Shown in pieces: positions 18,641 to 29,791 of a stretch of 64,000 bases of DNA. Origin of the DNA: a virus. Location of the stretch: positions 6,094-70,093 of IMG/VR virus record IMGVR_UViG_3300034082_002865; one strand, 5' to 3'. The notes beneath the pieces were generated by a model, which saw nothing but the letters and a program-made list of their open reading frames with translations, had not been told where the DNA came from and made no database searches. How positions within the stretch are numbered: the first letter of the stretch is position 1; every line of letters starts with the position of its first letter. The position numbers and the translations under genes are program-made.

Positions 18641-21259
18641 TTATCTTGGGGTAATATCTCTGAATTCCCAATATGTAAATGTTGCTGTAGTTACGTTTCC
18701 TATAAGTGGTTGTGTTACGTATATGGTATAATTGCCAGATGCATCAGGTCCTGAATATGCAGCACTCAATGGATCGTTGGGATCAGAGTTAGTAGTCATA
18801 GTATTAGCATCTACACCATCGCCTCTTACCGCCATGCTAAGAACTATTCCGGTAGGATTAGAAGGAGTAGTTACTGTAGGTGCCGTTAAAAACATATCTC
18901 CAGGAATACCGTTAACTGATAAATCATATACAGGAGATGCTACCTCTATCATAAGGAACATAGATTGTCCTATATCATCAAAATATGTATCTCCTGGTCT
19001 TAAAGAACCGTATGGGTTGGTTACAGAATCTGTATAATTTGTAAAATGTTTAGGAGCACGTTTATCTTGATGGATTCCTTCGTCACCTAGATCAAATCCT
19101 ACATTTTTCATCCATTCGATGTAACCGCCAGGATTTAATACTACATTTGTAAATGTTACTGTTGCCGTTACAGAAACATCTTGCCCAATAGAAATAGTAG
19201 AAGTTGTTCCACTGCCGGTATTGACAGATACACCAACTCCGCCTTCTATATTAGCTAGAGAACTACCACCTGTACCAGGGCTACCTACATAACCAATTAT
19301 TCCAGAGCTACCTACGAATCCAATTCCTTCACTACCAGTATAACCAAAGCTACCAACATACCCAACACTACCAGCAAAGCCGACGCTGCCAGTGTAACCA
19401 AAGCTACCTATGTATCCAACACTACCAATAAAACCAACACTGCCAATAAAACCAACACTACCAGCAAAGCCAATACTGCCTGTAAAGCCGACACTGCCGA
19501 TGTAACCAACACTGCCAATAAAACCAACGTCGCCTTGACTACCTAAGAAACCTAGATCACCTTTGTCTCCTTTTGGTCCTCTAATTTCACCTACATCAGA
19601 CCATGATGCACCAGTCCATACGTTTAAGTGACCGTTATCATTGGTGATATAACCGTCACCCGGGACACCGGAGTAAGGTAACGGAAGTACTGTATAAGTA
19701 GAAGTGTTTCCTACAATAGTTACTGATGTACCTGCAGCACCTTGACTACCTGCGTAGCCAAAACTCCCAGTGAAACCTAGATCACCACGGCTACCTACAT
19801 ATCCTTCACTACCTGAATATCCCAAACTACCAGTGTAGCCAAATTCTCCTAAGCTACCAGTATAACCGATACTACCTACGTATCCTTCACTGCCCGTAAA
19901 CCCAAAGCTACCAGTATAACCGATACTACCTACGTATCCTTCACTGCCCGTAAACCCAAAGCTACCAGTATATCCTATACTACCAGCGTAGCCAATTGAT
20001 CCAACAAATCCGACGCTACCAGCAAACCCGACACTACCTGTATAGCCAACACTACCAGTATAACCAATACTGCCTGTAAAACCAATACTGCCCGCATAAC
20101 CAACACTACCAATAAATCCAGATGATCCTACAAACCCGATACTGCCAGTATACCCAATCGATCCAGTAAACCCAACGCTACCAATAAACCCAGTAATACC
20201 CTGGGGTCCTCTTATCTCACCTACATCGGTCCAACTAATTCCGTCCCAGACATTTAAGTGGCCGTTATCATTAGTGATATAACCGTCACCTATTGCACCA
20301 GAATAAGGAATAGGCAATGCAGCTGAATTTGCAACTGCGCCTATTATTTTTACAGATGTTCCGTCAGCACCCCTACTACCAGTAAATCCGATACTGCCTA
20401 CAAAGCCTCGTGATCCTACAAAGCCACGGGATCCTTCAAAGCCTGCGGATCCGGTGTAGCCTACAATACCGATGCTGCCGGTGTAACCAAAGCTACCAGT
20501 GAAACCAATGCCAACACTTCCAGTGAAACCTAGATCACCGATACTACCTGTATAGCCAAAAGATCCTACAAAACCTTCACTACCAGTATAGGCACGACTA
20601 CCGGTATAGCCAACACTACCGGTATAGCCGATGTCGCCCTGAGATCCTACAAATCCCTCACTTCCCGCATATCCTTCACTGCCAGAGTAACCAATGCTGC
20701 CAGTATAACCAATGTAGCCTGTACTGCCTACATATCCAATAATTTGACCAATGTTAACCCATTGGGCTCCGTCCCATACATATAGGTCACCAGAACTCTG
20801 TGCAATGTAACCCTCTGATTGGCTGGCACTTGTAGGAAGTGATCCAGGAGTTGTTACACTACCTACGATTGTTACAGATCCGCCTGGTGTTCCTGGTTCA
20901 CCTTTTACACCTTGACTACCGGCATATCCCATAACTCCTATGCTGCCAGTGTAGCCAACACCTTGGCTACCAGTATAACCGATACTGCCAGTATATCCAA
21001 AGCTGCCTACAAATCCAAAGCTGCCTACAAATCCATCAGTGCCTGTTGCTTTTTCTACAAGGTCAGTATCTAATGTACCGTCCTTAAACCAATATTCTTT
21101 TAGTACACCTGTATCTGTAGTAGCAATGACCAAACCGCGATATCGCTGAAATCTTGGAACTGCGGCAAGTGCGTCGGCTACATTAGTATAAGGTCCATAT
21201 CTACTATCAACTGGTTTAGCTGCCGCTACATTTAGATTGTCATTTAATAATATTGACAT
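18641..21259 (-). CDS. Collagen-like fibre protein
   Basis: Long G-[FY]-x-G-S-x tracts with three copies of a GDGYI..D.G.L.VW.G..W.DVG.I.G domain. Confidence 0.75.
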   Translation of the reverse strand: MSILLNDNLNVAAAKPVDSRYGPYTNVADALAAVPRFQRYRGLVIATTDTGVLKEYWFKDGTLDTDLVEKATGTDGFVGSFGFVGSFGYTGSIGYTGSQGVGYTGSIGVMGYAGSQGVKGEPGTPGGSVTIVGSVTTPGSLPTSASQSEGYIAQSSGDLYVWDGAQWVNIGQIIGYVGSTGYIGYTGSIGYSGSEGYAGSEGFVGSQGDIGYTGSVGYTGSRAYTGSEGFVGSFGYTGSIGDLGFTGSVGIGFTGSFGYTGSIGIVGYTGSAGFEGSRGFVGSRGFVGSIGFTGSRGADGTSVKIIGAVANSAALPIPYSGAIGDGYITNDNGHLNVWDGISWTDVGEIRGPQGITGFIGSVGFTGSIGYTGSIGFVGSSGFIGSVGYAGSIGFTGSIGYTGSVGYTGSVGFAGSVGFVGSIGYAGSIGYTGSFGFTGSEGYVGSIGYTGSFGFTGSEGYVGSIGYTGSLGEFGYTGSLGYSGSEGYVGSRGDLGFTGSFGYAGSQGAAGTSVTIVGNTSTYTVLPLPYSGVPGDGYITNDNGHLNVWTGASWSDVGEIRGPKGDKGDLGFLGSQGDVGFIGSVGYIGSVGFTGSIGFAGSVGFIGSVGFIGSVGYIGSFGYTGSVGFAGSVGYVGSFGYTGSEGIGFVGSSGIIGYVGSPGTGGSSLANIEGGVGVSVNTGSGTTSTISIGQDVSVTATVTFTNVVLNPGGYIEWMKNVGFDLGDEGIHQDKRAPKHFTNYTDSVTNPYGSLRPGDTYFDDIGQSMFLMIEVASPVYDLSVNGIPGDMFLTAPTVTTPSNPTGIVLSMAVRGDGVDANTMTTNSDPNDPLSAAYSGPDASGNYTIYVTQPLIGNVTTATFTYWEFRDITPR

Positions 21260-21261
21260 AA

Positions 21262-22671
21262 TTAACTATTCCTAAATTGCAATGCACCGTCTGTGGTGGT
21301 TGCACCGTCACTAATATATATGTCAAATGATACACCAGACCAATAGCTTTCCGGTGAGGTAACTGCTGTTACTACCGGTGTTAAAATAAAGTTTCCAGGA
21401 CCAATATTGCCTTGATTTAATTCTGTATTATACCACTTTGTTTTGTTGGTATATGATGCAGCGTGTGCTAACCAAACATATTCTCCAACGGCATTGTATG
21501 TAATTGTTACTGTGCCGTCTGCGGCGGCTAATACTTTAGTAGCTAGGCCGGCGGCAATTGTAGCTGCAATACTGCTAGTCGTCGGCTGTGTAGCAGACTT
21601 ACCCCAGAAATAAGGATATATTCCAGTAACAGAAATACTAGAAGATAGAAAAGATGCAGACTGTGGAGCATTTAGACTTCTAACCTGACTAGTTCGTGTA
21701 TCTGTTACACCTTTATTATTTTGCTTAGGTAGACCTGCTTGATACGAGCCGCTGCCGCTCCAAGTAGTAACACCAGATACAATAACATATGCATCAGAAA
21801 AAGACAACGAATAAGATCTGTTAGGATTGTTTGGATCCACATACCCAAACTGTGCAACAATATCAGCAGCAGATTGCGGAGTGGGAGCGGTTACAGTGGC
21901 CAGCTGTGTACTGTTACGAATAATAGTTAATACCGTAAAAGCGCCTGCGTCATTCTCAACGCCTGCAAATGTCAATGACTGTGTCACACTAGATCCAATT
22001 TCTCTAGTGCCCGATGTACCTGTTAATGAGGTTGTTGGAATAGTGTAAGTTGGCAATACATCGGGAAATAATATAGTATCGAGCACTTCAACTATGTTTT
22101 TGCTTTTCCACACTGCGGCAGATTGAGCTTCAGCTCCACCTACTGCTATACTTTGTACATCGTCACTAATTAGAGAATTGTATATTGTAGTCAATGTATT
22201 GTCTGTAACAGCAAGACCAACATTGGGTTTTACTGTTACTGGTGTCGATCCTCCACTTCCAGTTCCTGCGCTACCAGTGTAACCAATGAACCCTCTACTA
22301 CCTGTGTAACCTACTCCATTACCTGAGCCGCCACCTACAGCTACTCCGTTGACTAATATAGTTCCTGTGCCGGCTATTGTTACAGTATTGCCACCGACAA
22401 CAAATGTACTAGAACTTAGATATAATGTTTGCCACTGTTTATCAACTGTACCTAAACTGTATAGTCCAGTAATACCCGGTAAAAAATTGTTGAATACCGT
22501 AGAAGAAGTAGTGGCTCCCGAAGAATTCAGAGGAATTCCGCCAGGAGTGATGCCATCCCCAATACGTAAAATACCGGTTTCGTCGTACCATAGCAGATCT
22601 TTGTCGCCCACATACGTGGATGCAGCAACATTTGATACCCTACCGGCTTGTATTTTTAAGAGAGACGACAC
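21262..22671 (-). CDS. Virion/fibre protein (Mtd-N/hyaluronidase-like N-terminal motif)
   Basis: N-terminal YVGDKDLLWYDETGILRIGDGITPGG, shared with 60382-61560; short GYTGS tract; GTG start. Confidence 0.55.
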   Translation of the reverse strand: MSSLLKIQAGRVSNVAASTYVGDKDLLWYDETGILRIGDGITPGGIPLNSSGATTSSTVFNNFLPGITGLYSLGTVDKQWQTLYLSSSTFVVGGNTVTIAGTGTILVNGVAVGGGSGNGVGYTGSRGFIGYTGSAGTGSGGSTPVTVKPNVGLAVTDNTLTTIYNSLISDDVQSIAVGGAEAQSAAVWKSKNIVEVLDTILFPDVLPTYTIPTTSLTGTSGTREIGSSVTQSLTFAGVENDAGAFTVLTIIRNSTQLATVTAPTPQSAADIVAQFGYVDPNNPNRSYSLSFSDAYVIVSGVTTWSGSGSYQAGLPKQNNKGVTDTRTSQVRSLNAPQSASFLSSSISVTGIYPYFWGKSATQPTTSSIAATIAAGLATKVLAAADGTVTITYNAVGEYVWLAHAASYTNKTKWYNTELNQGNIGPGNFILTPVVTAVTSPESYWSGVSFDIYISDGATTTDGALQFRNS

Positions 22672-22712
22672 GTTAAAGACCTTACTTTAACATATTTACC
22701 GAGAAACGGTTT

Positions 22713-23057
22713 TTAAGATTTTCGTGCTTCAACCAGACGACTATACTCTGCAGAAAGTTCATCGAAATCTTCGGCAATATCGAATTCATCTCTTTCTGTT
22801 TGTTCAGATTCTGCGCCATTATCGTCTAATATTTGGTTAATTACGGCACTACGTTTGCCGGATTTATGTTTTTCTAATTCTAAAGATTGTTGTAGTGGTG
22901 ATACAAACACTGGCTGATCTGGTAGATCTTCCGGTCCAATTGGGTCTGTGGACACTACTGGATCCCCACCACCATTTGGAATTGTAATGGTAATAGGAAT
23001 GTTAATAGTAACATTCCTACTGCCGTCAGCTTCTGATAAAAATTCTGTTGCTCTCAT
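22713..23057 (-). CDS. Small acidic protein with MRAxEF leader (candidate internal head protein)
   Basis: Starts MRATEFLSE; SPLQQ motif shared with 61567-61998; TAAATA-N5-ATG upstream. Confidence 0.5.
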   Translation of the reverse strand: MRATEFLSEADGSRNVTINIPITITIPNGGGDPVVSTDPIGPEDLPDQPVFVSPLQQSLELEKHKSGKRSAVINQILDDNGAESEQTERDEFDIAEDFDELSAEYSRLVEARKS

Positions 23058-23062
23058 AGTAC

Positions 23063-23068
23063 TATTTA
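23063..23068 (-). promoter_or_regulatory. Putative late promoter TAAATA, 5 nt before ATG
   Basis: TAAATA-GTACT-ATG(23057). Confidence 0.6.
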
Positions 23069-23075
23069 CTCAATT

Positions 23076-26000
23076 TTATAATGCTGCAATGCGAGACTTG
23101 AAGTCGGCAAAGTCAGTACTAGCTGCCACTAAAGTTTTCAAATCTACGAGACTAATAGATGCGGCCTGTTGCGTAGAACCATCTGGAAATACAATTCCAC
23201 CTAGTGCGCTTAGAGTTAATGTCCAAGTACCGTTGGCCAATGTGGCAGACTTGTCTTTAACTGGCAAATACAAGGCATAAACATAACGTTCAGTGGATGT
23301 TGTTTCTGCAATATCAATTGCGGCCATTTGATATCCACCACTTCTAATATATTGTCTAGCATTGCCTACAATTGTAAACTCTCGATCAAATCCACCAAAT
23401 TGAGGGAGCTGGGTGTTCACTCCTCTAATTTTGTTACCTGGTTTTAGATCATAGATAGCTGTTAATAATTCTTTGCCAGGAAGATTAAATGTAAATGTAG
23501 AAGTATTCCATCCTATCGACCCTGCATCTCTAGGACCAATGCCTTCCCCACCAAAATATTCTAGTTTAGAAACTGCATCGTTACCGTTGACTAGCATCTG
23601 TCCTGTTTCAGAAATACTAATAGTGCTTGTACCGATGAAGATTGTACTTGAACTTACATAAAGACTTCTAAATTTAAGAGTGGGGCTACCTAGGTCATAG
23701 GTAACATCGGCAACTGGTAGAATGTGTTCTCCTACAGCAGAGAAGTTTGGACTAAAGCCGGCACTGCCCACAAAGCCAATGCCGATGCTGCCCACAAAGC
23801 CAATGCCGATGCTGCCCACAAAGCCAAAACTGCCAGTAAATCCTCTGTCGCCCAGTGTACCAGCGGCGCCTTGACTGCCCACAAAACCGCCGCCCGCTCC
23901 AGCAACATATGCAGTAGTTTGAACTGTGTTGTCTGGGAATGTGAATGTTCCAGTGTTACTAAATGTCCAAACATTATTAGTATTAGTAGTATTAGGTGTG
24001 GTTATTTGCATCCCACCATTAGTGGTAGTACGCACATTGTGATCGTCAGTACCCAGGAAGATGCTGGTCACTGCTAAATCGCCTGTGGTCAAGTGTAGGT
24101 GATGATCTTGATAAGTGGGTTGGTCGCCATTGATCAAATATGATTCAACACCCATATTGTCAGGATCGTACTGACCGTTGATGGGTGACACACGCACAGT
24201 GAATTCATAGGCCACACTGGCTACATCAAAATTGAAGTTGCCATCACCAAATTCATTCAATGCCACTGTGCCATAGTTGGGGTCTCCTAGACCAGCATTC
24301 TCTGGATATATCCACCAGTAGAGTGGTTGATCAGCATAAGTGCCTGAAGTGACCTCAAAACTGATAGTGTCGCCAATATTAGTAGTAGTGTTATACCAAC
24401 TTAACTGTAAACCATTATTTTGAGTATATTCTGTTGGACTGCCGCCGCCTTTGATCACCAACTTCTGACTGGCCACATCTGGTCTTGCTGGCATAAGTTG
24501 AATAGTGGGATTGCTAGTAACGTACCCTTCTGAGATTGTGCCGCCCTTGGGCAATGTCACTGCGCCAGCGGGTGTCAACACTAGATTGTTAACACCGTTG
24601 GTCAATCTGTCGTCACTGCCACTGTCACCGTAGTACAGTATGCCAATTAGATCGCCGGTAAGATCCACTGCGGGACTAAAATCATTTTCTGTAATCTCTT
24701 CGGTATAGTCACTGCTTGTTTTGTTTGCGTTGGCCACTGTGATGTTGCTAGCCGAACTATCCAATGTTCCACTAAATGTAGCAGCCACGAACTCATAGTC
24801 GCCTATTTCAAACTCTGTGCCCGCTGTGTTAAACTGTGCCACCAGTGCGGTAGTCACAGCGCCCGGGCCGTCTACCTCACCAAAACTACCTGCCACTGCC
24901 ACATAACCATCTCTCACGGCCAAGTTACTGCCGCCACTGTTGGTGAACCACCAAGCGCCTCCAAATGTTTGAGTGGTTGTGTTTTCCAGCAATCTTTGCC
25001 AGACCACTGTACCGTCTAGATTGTACTTGGCAATGACCATCTTGTAGTCATGATAGGGGAAAGTGCCAGCGTCAGTCACTGCTGATAGATATAGATAATC
25101 GTCTGGACCAACCACAATGCTGGTAGCAAAATTTCCACAATTGCCCTCTACCTTGCGACTCCATTGTTTAACACCCGCGCTGTCAAACTTGAATATAATC
25201 ATGGCGCTGTCGCCTTCTTGCTCAAAGTTTCCACACACGTAAATATTGCCCACACTGTCTATGTCAGCATCTGCTCCCGAACAGTTGTAGTCTGCTTCAA
25301 CTGCCACGGACTTTTGCCATGCTATTGTGCCCGTGCTGGTATACTTGACAACCAACATACAGTCACTCAAGTCTTCAGTAGTGGTTGTTCCCACTATAAA
25401 TTCTAAATCAGTAGAGCCTGGGCCTAGAGAGGCAGCATTAATCATACCAATTGCCTCACTGGCATAGTGATTGCCGGTTGTGTCAACAATGTTGGTAAAT
25501 GTTGGAACACCTGCTGCGAAACTAACATCAAATGTTAGGCCTCCATTTGTCACGCCTGTTAGATTATTAACCCAGCCCGGATCGCTGACAGGATTAGCAG
25601 TTAAGGTAAGAATTGTATAAGTTGGGCCTGGATACTCAATATTGTCCATAAATCCCACAGCCACTATTTCATTGTTTGGTCCTACGGCCATACCATAGGC
25701 TTCTTCATCGCCTTGTCCGTCCAGTGCTCTTGACCAAGTGACTAATCCGTTACTAGCGTTGATTTTACTAGTGACTATTCGATTCTCAGTGCCACCACTG
25801 CCCGCGGCAAAACCAACTACAATGGGACTGCCATCCGATGCCACATCAACTACTGTGTTGCTGTTATTATATCCAACATCGTAGGTCTTGCTCCACTCTA
25901 CGCCGCCGGTTGCTTGGCTAAGTTTAGTCAACGTGGCAATATTGCCACCAAAGATGGCAGCGACACGCCCTGCAACATAGATATACCCGTTGATATTGTC

Positions 26001-26393
26001 CACAGCAAGACCCCAGCCATCAGTGAAGTCTTCAAACTCGTTGTTGCCTTGGAAATTCATGCTCCAAACTAGTCTACCAATTGTGTCAAATCTGGCCACA
26101 CCAGTGTAGGTATTGTAACTGGCAAAGCCCAAATTTATGTCTTTGAGATTAACAAACAAGGCAACAATGTCACCGTTGGCCAAATATTCAACACTGGTAG
26201 CCACTGAAGGTATGTCAGCGATTCTCAATGAAGTTTCAAAAGTCTGTACCCATGTGTTGAGATTGCCACCCTTGTAGGCTGTGGTCTGTACTGAGCCATC
26301 TGGAAATGTCACTGAACCGTTGTCGTTTAATGTAATTTTTACGCCGCCTAGTGTTAGGTCAGCACCTTGTATTGCGAAAGGTTTGTTTGCCAT
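23076..26393 (-). CDS. Tail fibre/spike protein with beta-propeller-like repeats
   Basis: Repeated ..KY/FD..G...W.K/R blades with D..GNIYV.G motifs; FPDGSVQTTA fibre motif three times; short collagen tract. Confidence 0.6.
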   Translation of the reverse strand: MANKPFAIQGADLTLGGVKITLNDNGSVTFPDGSVQTTAYKGGNLNTWVQTFETSLRIADIPSVATSVEYLANGDIVALFVNLKDINLGFASYNTYTGVARFDTIGRLVWSMNFQGNNEFEDFTDGWGLAVDNINGYIYVAGRVAAIFGGNIATLTKLSQATGGVEWSKTYDVGYNNSNTVVDVASDGSPIVVGFAAGSGGTENRIVTSKINASNGLVTWSRALDGQGDEEAYGMAVGPNNEIVAVGFMDNIEYPGPTYTILTLTANPVSDPGWVNNLTGVTNGGLTFDVSFAAGVPTFTNIVDTTGNHYASEAIGMINAASLGPGSTDLEFIVGTTTTEDLSDCMLVVKYTSTGTIAWQKSVAVEADYNCSGADADIDSVGNIYVCGNFEQEGDSAMIIFKFDSAGVKQWSRKVEGNCGNFATSIVVGPDDYLYLSAVTDAGTFPYHDYKMVIAKYNLDGTVVWQRLLENTTTQTFGGAWWFTNSGGSNLAVRDGYVAVAGSFGEVDGPGAVTTALVAQFNTAGTEFEIGDYEFVAATFSGTLDSSASNITVANANKTSSDYTEEITENDFSPAVDLTGDLIGILYYGDSGSDDRLTNGVNNLVLTPAGAVTLPKGGTISEGYVTSNPTIQLMPARPDVASQKLVIKGGGSPTEYTQNNGLQLSWYNTTTNIGDTISFEVTSGTYADQPLYWWIYPENAGLGDPNYGTVALNEFGDGNFNFDVASVAYEFTVRVSPINGQYDPDNMGVESYLINGDQPTYQDHHLHLTTGDLAVTSIFLGTDDHNVRTTTNGGMQITTPNTTNTNNVWTFSNTGTFTFPDNTVQTTAYVAGAGGGFVGSQGAAGTLGDRGFTGSFGFVGSIGIGFVGSIGIGFVGSAGFSPNFSAVGEHILPVADVTYDLGSPTLKFRSLYVSSSTIFIGTSTISISETGQMLVNGNDAVSKLEYFGGEGIGPRDAGSIGWNTSTFTFNLPGKELLTAIYDLKPGNKIRGVNTQLPQFGGFDREFTIVGNARQYIRSGGYQMAAIDIAETTSTERYVYALYLPVKDKSATLANGTWTLTLSALGGIVFPDGSTQQAASISLVDLKTLVAASTDFADFKSRIAAL

Positions 26394-26406
26394 TTTATAT
26401 TATTCC

Positions 26407-28665
26407 TTAATCTCTAGTTGCCGTTTCTACTGAGTAGATTCTTAAACTGGCAGCAGTTGTAGCTGTTGTTATGGTTCCCATTACTTCAATTAATTTAGTT
26501 GTAGGATTGCGTTGTACTGTAAATGTTGTCAGTGGATCTACACTGGTATGTGTTACACCATACACTGACATTGCTGGATCACCTAATGGACCTGCTGCCG
26601 ATACTGTGTAACCTCTACTAGCGATAATAGTTTCAGCTACTTGACTGTGCCAACCTGTAGCATCTCCAATTTCATTTGCTTCAACTTGTATCATAAGTTT
26701 TGCACCGCTGACAGTACTGGTATTAGCAGTCCAAACTACCGTAGGGGTAGATGTATTAATGCTTGATGTTGATGTTCGTGTCCAACTATAGTTTTGTTCA
26801 ATTGAGCCGTTGTACGGTAATGACAATGTACCATCTGTGCTAAATTCCCAAATGTTCTCTGCTGTTGGCCCGGCAACTATCCCTGTTACTATTTGAACGG
26901 TGCCAGAGGTTAACGCAATCGGACTGTTAACTATCACTCCCGCAACAGATGTTGCGTCTTCAGGATCGTCTATCCATTGTATACCAGCGTACCCACCTTG
27001 GCCTTGACTACTAACAGCTACCCCGGTACCGGTACTGCCTAAAATACCATCTGTACCATTAATATTTCCAATACGAGTATTACCACTTGGCAATGTTAAC
27101 ACGCCGTCTGCGCCTAAACTGAATGTATGGGGGCCGTTAACTAAATTTGATAAAGCTGATCCATTAAGCCCTTCTACATTGCTCACTCTAAATGCCAATT
27201 CATCGAGGCCTTCAACTACTGTGCCCACAGTAGGTGAGCCTGTCCAATCTGCTGGAGTGGTTGGGGTATATTCACTAGTACCACCGCCACCGTTTACCCA
27301 TTCTACGGTGTCTAATACAGTTCCAGTCGAAGCAATGCCTAATACCTGGCCTAGTGTACCGCGTGTTAACGGTAATTTATAACCTTCAAGCGAATCAACA
27401 TATGTTGGCTCACCAAAACCTTTATTATAGTGTCGACCAATATACACACCATCTTCGTCTAGTGCAAGGTATGATGGAAATTGTACATTTGCATCAAAAC
27501 TTTGCGTATCAGTTAATGTAAATGCATACATTGCTACTCTGCTACCTTTGAACAATAGAGGCGCATGAGTTGCTGTTGTATCAATTGAAACAAATTGTTG
27601 TGGTGCAATTAGTTCAACACCTTGACGACTTCTTGATTCGTTTGGCTTGATTACCAATGAATGATGATTCATTGGTATTGAACCTAGGAATCCCTCGCCC
27701 TTTAATGTAATCGGTGTAACTAAATTGCCATCAATTGCAAGTCCGTCTACTCCGTTTTTATCTACACTTACTGTAGTAGTGAGCCCTTGTAGTGCAATGC
27801 CGTATGTTCCAGTATTGTAAAGTTCTAACGAGTAGTTGTTTGTTTGTGAATCAGCTGGAAAACTAATTCCAGCTTTGGCTTTATTAGTAGTCGCGTTAGG
27901 TTGAGACGAACTAATAGTAAAGTTTATGTTGTTGTCATTCCATACTGCGGTAGGGGTGAAGGAAAAACCTCCGGTTACATTATTACCGTTAACAAACAAT
28001 TTACCAGTTACAGGATCAACGCTGATACCAATGCCCTGTATATACACAGCACCGCCAAGATATAAATTGCCCCAAGTATACGCTTCTTGACCTAAATTAT
28101 AGGTTGCTGCAAGATCAGGGATTAAACTAGATTGACTGATTGCGGTGTAAATTGACGATGTTGTAAATGCTCGAACATTGTCAGCAGTATTACCTAAATC
28201 CGTTAAAGTTGCATAACCAGTTAGAAAATCGGGCAGTGTTGCTGGAACTAGAAAATTTTGATTATTCAAATATACTAATGTAGGATATTCTGTTAGTTTA
28301 GCATCTACATAATTTTGGGTAACATAATTATAGCTTATAAGGTTAGAATTAGATACAAAATTAGAATTTACATAGTTAATAGATGCAAGATTTTGTAAGT
28401 TTGCAGTACTACTGGTAATGTAACCTTCTGGATTGGAATACGGATACGGAGTAAACCCTAAATTTGAAATAATGTCCGTTCCTGTGAACGTAATAATACC
28501 AGTTTGGTTGTTAAAACTGCTCACGCCTGCAGACACAAAGTTGTCTAGCAGACTTTGGAAATTAACATTAATCTTGTTAAATGCCGTGCGTAGACTGTCT
28601 CCGTTACCAGAGTTTGGACTGGTGCCTGTATTGATAAAATTGATAAACGTTGTAGACGTGGTCAT
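26407..28665 (-). CDS. Baseplate/fibre-connector-like structural protein
   Basis: N-terminal INTGTSPNSGNGDSLRTAFNKINVNF matches the T4 gp9/gp10-like N-terminal motif. Confidence 0.65.
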   Translation of the reverse strand: MTTSTTFINFINTGTSPNSGNGDSLRTAFNKINVNFQSLLDNFVSAGVSSFNNQTGIITFTGTDIISNLGFTPYPYSNPEGYITSSTANLQNLASINYVNSNFVSNSNLISYNYVTQNYVDAKLTEYPTLVYLNNQNFLVPATLPDFLTGYATLTDLGNTADNVRAFTTSSIYTAISQSSLIPDLAATYNLGQEAYTWGNLYLGGAVYIQGIGISVDPVTGKLFVNGNNVTGGFSFTPTAVWNDNNINFTISSSQPNATTNKAKAGISFPADSQTNNYSLELYNTGTYGIALQGLTTTVSVDKNGVDGLAIDGNLVTPITLKGEGFLGSIPMNHHSLVIKPNESRSRQGVELIAPQQFVSIDTTATHAPLLFKGSRVAMYAFTLTDTQSFDANVQFPSYLALDEDGVYIGRHYNKGFGEPTYVDSLEGYKLPLTRGTLGQVLGIASTGTVLDTVEWVNGGGGTSEYTPTTPADWTGSPTVGTVVEGLDELAFRVSNVEGLNGSALSNLVNGPHTFSLGADGVLTLPSGNTRIGNINGTDGILGSTGTGVAVSSQGQGGYAGIQWIDDPEDATSVAGVIVNSPIALTSGTVQIVTGIVAGPTAENIWEFSTDGTLSLPYNGSIEQNYSWTRTSTSSINTSTPTVVWTANTSTVSGAKLMIQVEANEIGDATGWHSQVAETIIASRGYTVSAAGPLGDPAMSVYGVTHTSVDPLTTFTVQRNPTTKLIEVMGTITTATTAASLRIYSVETATRD

Positions 28666-28707
28666 TTACTTGTCCTAGTGATATGGTATTTATTCAAATA
28701 ATTCCGG

Positions 28708-28736
28708 TTGCGCCTAAGGCAAAACCATGTTATAAT
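28708..28736 (+). promoter_or_regulatory. Sigma70-type promoter of the HNH gene
   Basis: TTGCGC-17 bp-TATAAT with an extended -10 TGn; a TAAATA also occurs at 28756-28761. Confidence 0.6.
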
Positions 28737-28769
28737 ATATGAATGTAAATTGAAATAAATACTGACATT

Positions 28770-29291
28770 ATGGGATCTACACTAGTACTTAACACTGACG
28801 GAACACCTGTTTCCATGCTTCCTTTGAGCGTAATTCCTTGGGAAGAAGCCATTCGCTACATGGTGCTTGACAAAGCATTCGTGTTAGATTGGCACGAAGA
28901 TTGGATTGTGCATTCAGCCAACTGGGAAACACAGGTTCCTGCCGTTATCATGTTGAAAGAATACATGAAAAAAAAGTCCGGCGTTCGTTTTAGCAAAAAC
29001 AACGTGTTTCTTCGCGACGGCTATCGTTGTGCATACTGTGAAACTGATGTAAGCAAGAAAGAAGCTACACTAGACCACGTTCTGCCAACCAGCCACGGTG
29101 GTAAGACCACCTTTGAAAACTGTGTAACAGCATGTGGACCTTGTAACGCAGGTAAGGGTAACAACAAGAAAATTGTGCCAAAGTTCAAACCACAGAAGCC
29201 AACTTACTTCCAACTAGTCGAAAAGCGCAAGAAAATGCCATTTGATCTAGTACATCCTAGCTGGGAACAGTACTTAGGAATAGCCAAATAA
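28770..29291 (+). CDS. HNH endonuclease (McrA/HNH_5-like)
   Basis: RDGYRCAYC...TLDHVLPTSHGGKTTFENCVTACGPCN. Confidence 0.9.
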   Translation: MGSTLVLNTDGTPVSMLPLSVIPWEEAIRYMVLDKAFVLDWHEDWIVHSANWETQVPAVIMLKEYMKKKSGVRFSKNNVFLRDGYRCAYCETDVSKKEATLDHVLPTSHGGKTTFENCVTACGPCNAGKGNNKKIVPKFKPQKPTYFQLVEKRKKMPFDLVHPSWEQYLGIAK

Positions 29292-29314
29292 AAAGCGCCG
29301 AAAGGCGCTTTTTT
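29290..29314. terminator. Bidirectional intrinsic terminator
   Basis: AAAAA-GCGCC-GAAA-GGCGC-TTTTTT between the convergent HNH and IF-1 genes. Confidence 0.85.
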
Positions 29315-29326
29315 ATTGACTGTATA

Positions 29327-29545
29327 TTATCGTTCTCTATAAACTACACGACCTTTGGTCATATCATACGGACTCATTTCTATGCGTACACGATCCCCCA
29401 GCAGGATCTGAATTCTATTTTGACGCATACGTCCTGAAATAATTGCAGTAATTACATGATTATCTGCGATTCGTACCCTAAACATTGCGTTAGGTAATAC
29501 TTCTTCCACTCTGCCTTCCGTCTGGATTGCTTCTTCTTTGGCCAC
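29327..29545 (-). CDS. infA: Translation initiation factor IF-1
   Basis: 72 aa MAKEEAIQTEGRVEEVLPNAMFRV...ISGRMRQNRIQILLGDRVRIEMSPYDMTKGRVVYR is the canonical IF-1 signature. Confidence 0.95.
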   Translation of the reverse strand: MAKEEAIQTEGRVEEVLPNAMFRVRIADNHVITAIISGRMRQNRIQILLGDRVRIEMSPYDMTKGRVVYRER

Positions 29546-29547
29546 GA

Positions 29548-29790
29548 TTAAACTTTTTCCCCTTTCAAACCTTTTATAACCATATCTTTAGCTCGTTGAT
29601 TGATCTCTTTCTCTTCTGCCTCGTACAGTTTTGCACACATTATATTCATATATTCGCTAAGTGCCTTAGTACCTTCTTCGGTAAAATGACAATAATTCAA
29701 TCCTATACTACTGTGATAGTAGTAGCGGCGGTCCCGCATTAATTCTACAAGACCGCCAAATGTAACGTCTTTGATTGTTTGCTTGTCCAT
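29548..29790 (-). CDS. Hypothetical protein (80 aa, MDKQTIK...)
   Basis: ATG at 29790 directly after the ligase stop; the longer ORF-track version overlaps the ligase. Confidence 0.65.
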   Translation of the reverse strand: MDKQTIKDVTFGGLVELMRDRRYYYHSSIGLNYCHFTEEGTKALSEYMNIMCAKLYEAEEKEINQRAKDMVIKGLKGEKV

Positions 29791-29791
29791 T

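Noticed and set aside
28770-29291. HNH as an intron- or intein-associated homing element
   Set aside because: It is free-standing with its own promoter and terminator and does not interrupt a gene.
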